Assembly: GCA_965240325.2 (NCBI GenBank) | Contig: OZ251255.1 | Span: 62,001 to 126,000 of the forward strand | From: Rebecca billardiae RCC1528 | Lineage: Eukaryota > Protista > Haptophyta | Reading direction: 5' to 3' | Length of the DNA: 64,000 nt | Shown here: piece after piece, positions 23,295 through 35,000 of the stretch | Layout: the number at the start of each line of letters is the position of its first letter | How positions within the stretch are numbered: the stretch's first letter is position 1 | Notes under the pieces: model-generated | The model's database searches: none | The model's input: the letters and a program-made list of their open reading frames with translations, nothing else | Told to the model about the DNA's origin: nothing | Made by a program: the position numbers and the translations under genes

Positions 23295-24420
23295 GCGCGC
23301 GGCGGCGTGCCGGGCGCTTGGCTCGCGCGCGCTGCGCGCGCGCTCGGCGGCGGCGGCGGGGCGGGGCCGTCCGCCGCCCCGCCCGCGGCGCTGCCGCTCG
23401 GCGCGCCGCACGCCCGCCCCGCCTCGCACCCCTCGCTGCGCGCCGGCCTTCTGCTGGGCGACGCGCTGTGGGCGTGCGTGGTGCTGCTGGCCGCCTCAGG
23501 GCTGATGGACTTCGCCAACGGCGCCGCGCAGGTGTGCGCGCACCGTGCACGCGCGCGCGCGCGTGTGTGCGTGTGTGTGTGCACGCACGCGCGTGCACAC
23601 GCGCGTGTGTGTGCGTGCACAGGCACGCGTGCGTGCGTGTGCCGACGGGGAGCGCCGCGCACGCTTGAAGCCGCGCGCTGCGGCTGCGCTCGAGGCTGGG
23701 CGGTCGTGGCGGGGGCGGCCGCGGCTGCAGCACTGGCTGAGACCGCGGGCGGCGCACGCGCGCGGTGCCGCGCGGGAGGGCGGGGCGGCTGTGCGCTCAC
23801 GCGCTGCGCTGCGCCCGCGCCCCTCCCGTGGCGCGCAGGCGGCGAGCGGCGGCCGCCTGCGCGCGCTGCCCGCCTTCAACTCGCCGCTGCTCTCGGCGTC
23901 GCTGCGCGAGTTCTGGGGCGGGCGCTGGAACCTGACGGCGGGACGGCTGCTGCGCGCGTGCGCGTACCAACCGATGCGCGGCGCCGGCGTGCCCGCGCAC
24001 CTCGCGGCCGGAGTGACCTTCGTCACCTCCGGACTCGCGCACGAGGCCATCGTCTTCTACGGCTCGGCCACCGTGGCTGAGTACTGCGACGGGCGCGTGC
24101 GCGGGCAGTGGCTCGCCTTCTTCGCGGCGCAGGGCGCGCTGGTGGCGGCCGAGAGGGCGGCGTGCGGCGCGGCGGCGCGCGCGCTCGCGCCGTCCCGCCC
24201 GCCCGGCCCGCCCGTCGCCGCCTCCGCGTGCCCCGCGCACGCGCTCGGCCGCTCGCTGCTGCTGCTGTGCCGGCGGTGCCTCACCCTGGCCATCGTGCTG
24301 CAGAGCGCGCGCGTCTGGTTCCTGCCGCCCGCGTACGCGCTCGGCTGGCCGTGGCAGCTCTCGCAGCTCTTCACGCGCGCGCCGCGCGCGGCGTGGCGCG
24401 CGCTCGCGCGCTGCCGCTAG
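22692..24420 (+). CDS. MBOAT_2 wax-synthase/sterol acyltransferase-like membrane O-acyltransferase; intron 23532-23838
   Basis: PAFNSPLLSASLREFWGGRWNL, TFVTSGLAHE (catalytic His), WLAFFAAQG; several TM stretches; start could be 22719. Confidence 0.88.
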
Positions 24421-24896
24421 GCCGCCGTGGCACCCCGCGGCCGCGCCGCGCGCGGCACGCGCTCGGCGCGCGCGTGGGCCGCGCGAGGCGGGCTGCCACG
24501 GGCTGGCGGCCTCTCCGGCAGCGCCGCCGTCTTCTCTTCGACTTCTGCCTAGGAAACATAGTAGTAGTCTCTCTCGCTCTCTCGCGCGCGCGTACACGTT
24601 GCAGACTGATCACTGATGATGACGATAGTGATGACAATGTCGTCCTACTCTGTACTCACTCAGCAGTAGCTCGCTAGCTCATAATGAGGCGTATGGGGCG
24701 GTCTGGGCGGTATCGGGTATTGTCTGATGGCTAATGGCGGCCATCAATCACGGCCCTTGCATCAATATCAATCAATCATCAAATAATCCTGCTTATTATT
24801 GGGCGATGGCGGCCGCCGCATCGCCGCGTAGGCGGTAGCAACGCAAGCCGCCCGAGCCCTCGGCGTTGCGCCTCCGCCGGGCGCCGCGGGCACGCG

Positions 24897-25556
24897 ATGG
24901 AGAAGACGGACGACCCGTCGTACGAGAAGGAGCTGTGCACCAGCGTGGCGTGCGCCGTCGGCGACGACCGCGCCATCCGCCGCGCGGCCGGGCAGCCGTC
25001 CAAGCGCGAGGCGGCGCGGCTCGAGCGGCAGGCGCGGCGCGCGCAGCGCAGCGCGCCGCCGGCGGGGCGCGAAGCGGTGGTGCTCGTGGATGGCGTGCTG
25101 ATGCGCACGCGCGTGCCACGCGTGGCCGAAGCGCGCGCCGACGGCGACCTCCCGCCCGTGACGCTCGTTGACCCGGCGGAGGCGCTCACGGCCGACGAGC
25201 GCGCGGCCGCGGCCGCGGCCGAGGTGGCCGATCGGTTCCGGCACAGGGCGCCGCGGCGCGAAGGCGGCAGGGCCGGGGCTCCCGCCGCCGCGCCCGCCGT
25301 CGAGCACGCGTCGGGCTGCCACGGAGTGCCACCGGACCACCCAGCGGGCGCGCCAGCCGCCGCCCCCTCGTGGCGGCCCGTGTTTGCGCCGCCGCCGCGC
25401 GCCGAGGGCCGCCGCCCGCCCCTTCCGCCGCAGCAGGACGCCGCGCGACGCGCGCAGGGCAAGCGACCTCGCCCAGACGCGCAGGCCACACGGCCGTGTG
25501 GCGCGAGGCCGCCGGGTTCCGCTGGTCGCTTGTCTTTCGTCGACGACGATGACTGA
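24897..25556 (+). CDS. Hypothetical protein (219 aa)
   Basis: ATG in a gcgATGg context after an AT-richer spacer; GC3-rich N-terminal half; no family recognised. Confidence 0.55.
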   Translation: MEKTDDPSYEKELCTSVACAVGDDRAIRRAAGQPSKREAARLERQARRAQRSAPPAGREAVVLVDGVLMRTRVPRVAEARADGDLPPVTLVDPAEALTADERAAAAAAEVADRFRHRAPRREGGRAGAPAAAPAVEHASGCHGVPPDHPAGAPAAAPSWRPVFAPPPRAEGRRPPLPPQQDAARRAQGKRPRPDAQATRPCGARPPGSAGRLSFVDDDD

Positions 25557-26029
25557 GACCGCGAGCGCTAAGCCGATGCTATAGCGACCCTGCTGCAACG
25601 GAGTGACCGGGTCTGATGAGGCGCGGTGCCTCCACGCAACTCCGACTCGGCATCAGCGTCAATCTCTCACTCGGCAGCTTCGACGATCTGTCGTCATCAA
25701 TCGTCAGGCGGAGCTGCTTGGCAGGCCCTCGCCAGGCGCACGCGTGGCCTTGTCGTCCGGGCCCGGGCACACCCGGTCGCCCAACCTGTAGATAGGCGCA
25801 GATTAGTTCGATTACCCGGGTGGGGTGGCTATTTTAGGAACGGCGGTCAAAACAGTACATAGGAACTCCGACACCCGCGCCTTGGGCGTCATAAGAGACA
25901 AGTGGTGCTCAACAGACTCGGAGATTGGTATGGCTAAAGGCTAACGACATCCGGGCGATGCTCTATATCAATCGTACTGATCTAGGGGTAGCTCGGCGCC
26001 AGCTCGGGGTGCCTCCACGCCGAGGCACT

Positions 26030-29000
26030 ATGGCGAGGACCACGGGTACCCGCTGCTCGCCAGCGCGGCGAGCCCTCTCCACGCTCGTCGTGCTGGCGGC
26101 GATGGGCGCGAATCACATGCCGCGGCATCTGCTCACTCGACTGGGGATCCTCGACGGCCCAGAGCCCGCCGCCTCCGCCCCGCCCCTCGGCCCCGCGCTC
26201 GCGCGCGCCCAGACCATCACCGCCGTGAAGGTGGGCCTCTACCACGCGTGCGTGCTCACGGACACGGGCAAGGTGAAGTGCTGGGGCGAGGCGGAGTGGG
26301 GGGCGATCGGCACCGGGGATATGTCCAACCGCGGGGACGGCCCGGGCGAGCTCGGCCTGGCGCTGCCGTACGTCGAGCTCCCGAGCGGCCTCAGCGCCAC
26401 GCAGCTCTCCGTCGGCGCGTACCACAACTGCGCCATCCTCTCGGACAGCACGCTGCGCTGGTGCGTGCGCGCCGCGCGCAGCGCGACGGCGCGGGGCGCT
26501 GGCGCGCGTGCCGCCGCGCGATGCCGCTCACGTGGCGCCACGTACCCGCCACCCGCCCGCGCGCGCCTTCCCCTGCGCGCGCGTGCGCTTGCGCCCGCCC
26601 GCGCGCGCGCTTTGCGCGCCGCGCGCTCGCAGCTGGGGCGACGGAGGGTACGGGCGGTGTGGCACGGGCGCGACGACGGACATCGGCGACGAACCCGGCG
26701 AGATGGGCAACGCGCTCGTCGCCGTCAACCTCGGCACCGGCCTCACCGCCAAGGCCGTGAGCTGCGGCAGGCGGCACACGTGCGTGTTGGTCTCACAGAC
26801 CGACAGGCTCAAGTGCTTCGGGGACAACCAGCGGGGGGAGCTGGGGTACGGCGACGGCTTCGAGCGCGGCGATGTCCCCTCGAACCTGGGCGACGTGCTG
26901 CCCTACCTCGACCTCGGCACGGACGGCTACGCCGCGCCGCACGCCGTGCTCAAGCTGAGCGCGCGCTTCTACCACAACTGCGTCGTGCTGGCAGGGGGAC
27001 TCAAGTGGTGCGTGTGTGTGTGCAACGCGCACGCGCGCGATGGCTGGCTGGCCGGCCGAGCGGCGGGCGCTCGCGCCGCGCCGGGCAGCTCGCGGGGTGC
27101 GAGCGCGCCGCTTGGTCGTGTGCACCAGCGCGCGGCGTGGGCGCGCCCGAGGCCTCGCGGGCCGCTCGGCCCCGGCGCACTGGCTGACGCGGCCGCGCCC
27201 CCTCCGCCTGTGCCTCGCGCCTTCTTTTTCGATTCTTCTTCGCGTCCTCTTCGCTGCCTCCTCCGACGTGCCGCCGCGCGGCGCAGCTGGGGCCTGAACA
27301 GCCACGGGCAGCTGGGGTACAACGACAAGCTCGACCGCGGCGGCACGCCCTCCGAGACGGGCGACAAGCTGCCGTTTGTCGAGGTGGGCGTGGCGGCGGC
27401 GAGCCTGCAGTCCGTGAGCTTGAGCGAGCTGCACACGTGCCTGCTGCACAGCGGCGGCAAGGTGAAGTGCTGGGGCCAGGGCGCGGACGGACGGCTCGGG
27501 TACGGCGACACGGCGGACCGCGGGTTCTCGGGCGGGATGGGCGACGCGCTGCCCGACGTCGACCTCGGCTGGGGCCTCAGCGCACTCGAGGTGCAGCCCG
27601 GCACCATCAGCACGTGTGCGCGGCTCAACACTGGCACGATCAAATGGTGTGCGCGCGCGCCCGCGCTCGCGCGTGCGTAGCCACGGGCACACGCGCACGC
27701 GCACGGCGTGCCGCACGCGCGCCCTCGCCTGGGCGCGGCCGCACCGGCAGTGGCGACCCTTGGGCGCGCCGCCCGGCCCCGCGCTGCGTGCACCCGCCGA
27801 CCGAACCGCGCGCCTCCTCTCACTCCCGCCGCGCGCGCGCCCGCCCGCAGCTGGGGCGGCAACGACCGCGGCCAGCTCGGGTACGAAGACACGAGCTCCC
27901 GCGGCGGCGGCAGCGGCGAGATGGGCGCTTCGCTGCCCACCGTCCCGCTGGGCTCGGGGCGCACCGTGGCCGCGTTCGACACGCTCGACAAGTCGGTGTG
28001 CGCGCTGCTCGACGACGGCACCGTCAAGTGGTGCGCGCACCGCCTGCGCGGCACACCGCCTGCCCGGCGCGCGCGGCGCGCGGTGGTGGGCTGGGCACGT
28101 GCCGCGGCGGCGAGCGAGGGCGGGGGGTGGGCGCGGCGCGCGTGCGCCTGCCCGCGCGGCGGGCGCGGGGGCGCGTCGACGCGCGTCAGACGGCACAGCC
28201 TGCCGCCGTGCCGCCGCGCCGCGTGTGGAGACGGCCGCTGCCTGCATGGCCACGCACGCGTGCGCCGCGCGCCGCGCTACGCCTCACGCACCCTCGCCCC
28301 CGCGCCGTGCCGGCCCGACCCGCCTTGCGCCAACGCCATGCAGCTGGGGCGAGGACGCCAAGGGAGAGCTCGGGCAGGGGAGCCCCGACAACATCGGCTT
28401 CGCGCCCGGCTCGATGGGCGATGCGCTGCCGCCGGTCGAGATCCTGCCGCCGCAGCCGCCCTCGCCGCCGCCCTCGCCTCCACCGAGTCCGCCGCCCTCA
28501 CCGCCGCCGTCACCCCCGCCTTCGCCGCTGCCGTCGCCGCCGCCATCGCCGCCGCCATCGCCGCCGCCGCGACCTCCTCCGAGCCCACCGCCGCTGCCTC
28601 CGCCGCCATCGCCGCCTCCGCGCCCGCCGAGCCCGCCGCCGTCGCCGCCGCCGTGCCCGCAGCTCGAGGCCCACCCGCTGTGGGTGGGCTGCGGCAGCAC
28701 GTGCACGCAGATCTCGACCGAGTTCGAGTACGTGTGCGGCACCATCCCCACCGAGGTGGCGCACTTCTCCTCGCTCACGCTGCTCGACCTCGAGGCGAAC
28801 CTGCTGACGGGCACGCTGCCCACCGAGCTGGGCGCGATGACGCAGCTCAAGTACGAGATCGACGTGGAGGCCAACCCGATCTCGGGCACGATCCCGACGG
28901 AGCTGGGCCGGCTGAGCCTGCTCTGGCTGCTCATCTTCACCAACACGCCGCTCACCGGCACCCTCCCGACCGAGCTCGGCGGGCTGAGCGACCTGATGCA

Positions 29001-32000
29001 TTTGTGCGCGCGCGTTGCGTTGCGCGTTGCGCGACGCGTGCCGCGTGCCGCGTGCGCGTGCGCCCTCCGCGTTGCCGCGGACTCACGCATGCCCCCGCGG
29101 CGCCCCCGTGCGCGCAGCCGGCTTGCGGACGTGAGTGGCGTGACCGGCACTGTCCCGAGCGGCATGCTCACGCTGCCCGACATGACCTCCGTGCAGCTCG
29201 CCAACTCGGGGCTGTGCGGAGGGCCGTACTCGTTCACGCGCTCGGGGGCGACGTACACCTTCCCGCCGTGCCCCAGCCCGCCGCCTTCGCCGCCCGGCCC
29301 TCCGCCGTCGCCGCCGCCACCACGCCCGCCGCCCAGCCCGCCGCCGAGCCCGCCACCGCCGTCTCCTCCGCCGAGCCCGCCGCCGAGCCCGCCACCGCCG
29401 AGCCCGCTGCCGTCGCCGCCGCCCAGCCCGCCGCCACCGTCACCGCCGCCGAGCCCACCGCCGAGCCCGCCACCGCCATCGCCGCCGCCGAGCCCTCCGC
29501 CGAGCCCTCCACCGAGCCCGCCGCCGAGCTCGCCGCCCAGCCCTCCGCCGTCACCACCGCCATCGCCGCCACCAGCGCCGCCACCGCCCAGCCCGCCGCC
29601 TTCGCTGCCACCGAGCCCCCCGCCGTCGCCGCCACCGAGCCCGCCGCCGAGCCCGCTTCCGTCGCCGCCACCTGCGCCACCGCCCCCGAGGCCTCCGCCA
29701 TCGCCGCCACCCATCCCGAACCCGCCGCCCTCACCGCCGCCGTCACCCCCGCCTTCGCCGCTGCCGTCGCCGCCGCCATCGCCGCCGCCATCGCCGCCGC
29801 CGCGACCTCCTCCGAGCCCACCGCCGCTGCCTCCGCCGCCATCGCCGCCTCCGCGCCCGCCGAGCCCGCCGCCGTCGCCGCCGCCGTGCCCGCAGCTCGA
29901 GGCCCACCCGCTGTGGGTGGGCTGCGGCAGCACGTGCACGCAGATCTCGACCGAGTTCGAGTACGTGTGCGGCACCATCCCCACCGAGGTGGCGCACTTC
30001 TCCTCGCTCACGCTGCTCGACCTCGAGGCGAACCTGCTGACGGGCACGCTGCCCACCGAGCTGGGCGCGATGACGCAGCTCAAGTACGAGATCGACGTGG
30101 AGGCCAACCCGATCTCGGGCACGATCCCGACGGAGCTGGGCCGGCTGAGCCTGCTCTGGCTGCTCATCTTCACCAACACGCCGCTCACCGGCACCCTCCC
30201 GACCGAGCTCGGCGGGCTGAGCGACCTGATGCATTTGTGCGCGCGCGTTGCGTTGCGCGTTGCGCGACGCGTGCCGCGTGCCGCGTGCGCGTGCGCCCTC
30301 CGCGTTGCCGCGGACTCACGCATGCCCCCGCGGCGCCCCCGTGCGCGCAGCCGGCTTGCGGACGTGAGTGGCGTGACCGGCACTGTCCCGAGCGGCATGC
30401 TCACGCTGCCCGACATGACCTCCGTGCAGCTCGCCAACTCGGGGCTGTGCGGAGGGCCGTACTCGTTCACGCGCTCGGGGGCGACGTACACCTTCCCGCC
30501 GTGCCCCAGCCCGCCGCCTTCGCCGCCCGGCCCTCCGCCGTCGCCGCCGCCACCACGCCCGCCGCCCAGCCCGCCGCCGAGCCCGCCACCGCCGTCGCCT
30601 CCGCCGAGCCCGCCGCCGAGCCCGCCACCGCCGAGCCCGCTGCCGTCGCCGCCGCCCAGCCCGCCGCCACCGTCACCGCCGCCGAGCCCACCGCCGAGCC
30701 CGCCACCGCCATCGCCGCCGCCGAGCCCTCCGCCGAGCCCTCCACCGAGCCCGCCGCCGAGCTCGCCGCCGAGGCCGCCACCGCCGTCGCCTCCGCCGAG
30801 CCCGCCGCCCAAGCCCCCTCCGCCGACCCCGCCGCCTTCGCCGCCGCCCAGCCCTCCGCCGTCGCCACCGCCGTCGCCGCCACCGCCAAGGCCTCCGCCG
30901 ACCCCGCCACCACGACCGCCCAGCCCACCGCCGTCGCCCCCGCCGCGCCCACCTCCCAGCCCGCCACCTGCGCAGCCGCCACCGAGCCCGCCGCCGAGCC
31001 CGCCTCCGTCGCCGCCACCTGCGCCGCCGCCACCGAGCCCGCCGCCGAGCCCGCCTCCGAGCCCGCCACCTGCGCCGCCGCCGCCGAGCCCGCCGCCGAG
31101 CCCGCCTCCGTCGCCGCCACCTGCGCCGCCGCCACCGAGCCCGCCGCCGAGCCCGCCTCCGAGCCCGCCACCTGCGCCGCCGCCACCGAGCCCGCCGCCG
31201 AGCCCGCCTCCGTCGCCGCCACCTGCGCCGCCGCCACCGAGCCCGCCGCCGAGCCCGCCTCCGTTGCTGCCACCTGCGCCGCCGCCACCGAGCCCGCCGC
31301 CGAGCCCGCCTCCGTCGCCGCCACCTGCGCCGCCGCCACCGAGCCCGCCGCCGAGCCCGCCGCCGAGCCCGCCACCTGCGCCCCCGCCACCGAGCCCGCC
31401 GCCGAGCCCGCCTCCGTCGCCGCCACCTGCGCCGCCGCCACCGAGCCCGCCGCCGAGCCCGCCTCCGTCGCCGCCACCTGCGCCCCCGCCACCGAGCCCG
31501 CCGCCGAGCCCGCCGCCGTCGCCGCCACCTGCGCCGCCGCCACCGAGCCCGCCGCCGAGCCCGCCTCCGTCGCCGCCACCTGCGCCGCCGCCACCGAGCC
31601 CTCCGCCGAGCCCGCCTCCGTCGCCGCCACCTGCGCCGCCGCCACCGAGCCCGCCGCCGAGCCCGCCTCCGTCGCCGCCACCTGCGCCGCCGCCACCGAG
31701 CCCGCCGCCGAGCCCGCCTCCGAGCCCGCCACCGGCGCCGCCGCCACCGAGCCCTCCGCCGAGCCCGCCTCCGTCGCCGCCACCTGCGCCGCCGCCACCG
31801 AGCCCTCCGCCGAGCCCGCCTCCGAGCCCGCCACCTGCGCTGCCGCCACCGAGCCCGCCGCCGAGCCCGCCTCCGTCGCCGCCACCTGCGCCGCCGCCAC
31901 CGAGCCCGCCGCCGAGCCCGCCTCCGTCGCCGCCACCGGCGCCGCCGCCACCGAGCCCGCCGCCGAGCCCGCTTCCGTCGCCGCCACCCGCGCCGCCGCC

Positions 32001-35000
32001 ACCGAGCCCTCCGCCGAGCCCGCCTCCGTCGCCGCCACCGGCGCCGCCGCCACCGAGCCCGCCGCCGAGCCCGCCTCCGTCGCCGCCACCTGCGCCGCCG
32101 CCACCGAGCCCGCCGCCGAGCCCGCCTCCGTCGCCGCCACCTGCGCCGCCGCCACCGAGCCCGCCGCCGAGCCCGCCTCCGTCACCGCCACCTGCGCCGC
32201 CGCCACCGAGCCCGCCGCCGAGCCCGTCTCCGTCGCCGCCACCTGCGCCGCCGCCACCGAGCCCGCCGCCGAGCCCGCCTCCGTCGCCGCCACCGGCGCC
32301 GCCGCCACCGAGCCCGCCGCCGAGCCCGCCTCCGTCGCCGCCACCCGCGCCGCCGCCACCGAGCCCTCCGCCGAGCCCGCCTCCGTCGCCGCCACCTGCG
32401 CCGCCGCCACCGAGCCCGCCGCCGAGCCCGCCTCCGTCGCCGCCACCCGCGCCGCCGCCACCGAGCCCGCCGCCGAGCCCGCCTCCGTCGCCGCCACCTG
32501 CGCCGCCGCCACCGAGCCCGCCGCCGAGCCCGCCTCCGTCGCCGCCACCGGCGCCGCCGCCGCCGAGCCCGCCGCCGAGCCCGCCTCCGTCGCCGCCACC
32601 CGCGCCGCCGCCACCGAGCCCTCCGCCGAGCCCGCCTCCGTCGCCGCCACCGGCGCCGCCGCCACCGAGCCCGCCGCCGAGCCCGCCTCCGTCGCCGCCA
32701 CCTGCGCCGCCGCCACCGAGCCCGCCGCCGAGCCCGCCTCCGTCGCCGCCACCGGCGCCGCCGCCACCGAGCCCGCCGCCGAGCCCGCCTCCGTCGCCGC
32801 CACCCGCGCCGCCGCCACCGAGCCCTCCGCCGAGCCCGCCTCCGTCGCCGCCACCGGCGCCGCCGCCACCGAGCCCGCCGCCGAGCCCGCCTCCGTCGCC
32901 GCCACCCGCGCCGCCGCCACCGAGCCCGCCGCCGAGCCCGCCTCCGTCGCCGCCACCTGCGCCGCCGCCACCGAGCCCGCCGCCGAGCCCGCCTCCGTCG
33001 CCGCCACCTGCGCCGCCGCCACCGAGCCCTCCGCCGAGCCCGCCTCCGTCGCCGCCACCTGCGCCGCCGCCACCGAGCCCTCCGCCGAGCCCGCCTCCGT
33101 CGCCGCCACCTGCGCCGCCGCCACCGAGCCCGCCGCCGAGCCCGCCTCCGAGCCCGCCACCGGCGCCGCCGCCACCGAGCCCTCCGCCGAGCCCGCCTCC
33201 GTCGCCGCCACCGGCGCCGCCGCCACCGAGCCCTCCGCCGAGCCCGCCACCGAGCCCGCCACCTGCGCTGCCGCCACCGAGCCCGCCGCCGAGCCCGCCT
33301 CCGTCGCCGCCACCTGCGCCGCCGCCACCGAGCCCGCCGCCGAGCCCGCCTCCGTCGCCGCCACCGGCGCCGCCGCCACCGAGCCCGCCGCCGAGCCCGC
33401 CTCCGTCGCCGCCACCCGCGCCGCCGCCACCGAGCCCTCCGCCGAGCCCGCCTCCGTCGCCGCCACCGGCGCCGCCGCCACCGAGCCCGCCGCCGAGCCC
33501 GCCTCCGTCGCCGCCACCTGCGCCGCCGCCACCGAGCCCGCCGCCGAGCCCGCCTCCGTCGCCGCCACCTGCGCCGCCGCCACCGAGCCCGCCGCCGAGC
33601 CCGCCTCCGTCACCGCCACCTGCGCCGCCGCCACCGAGCCCGCCGCCGAGCCCGTCTCCGTCGCCGCCACCTGCGCCGCTGCCACCGAGCCCGCCGCCGA
33701 GCCCGCCTCCGTCGCCGCCACCGGCGCCGCCGCCACCGAGCCCGCCGCCGAGCCCGCCTCCGTCGCCGCCACCCGCGCCGCCGCCACCGAGCCCTCCGCC
33801 GAGCCCGCCTCCGTCGCCGCCACCGGCGCCGCCGCCACCGAGCCCGCCGCCGAGCCCGCCTCCGTCGCCGCCACCCGCGCCGCCGCCACCGAGCCCGCCG
33901 CCGAGCCCGCCTCCGTCGCCGCCACCTGCGCCGCCGCCACCGAGCCCGCCGCCGAGCCCGCCTCCGTCGCCGCCACCGGCGCCGCCGCCACCGAGCCCGC
34001 CGCCGAGCCCGCCTCCGTCGCCGCCACCTGCGCCGCCGCCACCGAGCCCGCCGCCGAGCCCGCCTCCGTCGCCGCCACCTGCGTCGCCGCCACCGAGCCC
34101 TCCGCCGAGCCCGCCTCCGTCGCCGCCACCTGCGCCGCCGCCACCGAGCCCTCCGCCGAGCCCGCCTCCGTCGCCGCCACCTGCGCCGCCGCCACCGAGC
34201 CCGCCGCCGAGCCCGCCTCCGAGCCCGCCACCGGCGCCGCCGCCACCGAGCCCTCCGCCGAGCCCGCCTCCGTCGCCGCCACCGGCGCCGCCGCCACCGA
34301 GCCCTCCGCCGAGCCCGCCTCCGAGCCCGCCACCTGCGCTGCCGCCACCGAGCCCGCCGCCGAGCCCGCCTCCGTCGCCGCCACCTGCGCCGCCGCCACC
34401 GAGCCCGCCGCCGAGCCCGCCTCCGTCGCCGCCACCTGCGCCGCCGCCACCGAGCCCGCCGCCGAGCCCGCCTCCGTCGCCGCCACCCGCGCCGCCGCCA
34501 CCGAGCCCGCCGCCGAGCCCGCCTCCTTCACCGCCACCTGCGCCGCCGCCACCGAGCCCGCCGCCGAGCCCGTCTCCGTCGCCGCCACCTGCGCCGCCGC
34601 CACCGAGCCCGCCGCCGAGCCCGCCTCCGTCGCCGCCACCGGCGCCGCCGCCACCGAGCCCGCCGCCGAGCCCGCCTCCGTCGCCGCCACCCGCGCCGCC
34701 GCCACCGAGACCGCCGCCGAGCCCGCCTCCGAGCCCGCCACCTGCGCTGCCGCCACCGAGCCCGCCGCCGAGCCCGCCTCCGTCGCCGCCACCCGCGCCG
34801 CCGCCACCGAGCCCGCCGCCGAGCCCGCCTCCGTCGCCGCCACCTGCGCCGCCGCCACCGAGCCCGCCGCCGAGCCCGCCTCCGTCGCCGCCACCTGCGC
34901 CGCCGCCACCGAGCCCGCCGCCGAGCCCGCCTCCGTCGCCGCCACCTGCGCCGCCGCCACCGAGCCCTCCGCCGAGCCCGCCTCCGTCGCCGCCACCTGC

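Noticed and set aside
25613-25640. Hammerhead-like CTGATGAG followed by a hairpin
   Set aside because: No GAAA after stem II and no stems I or III.
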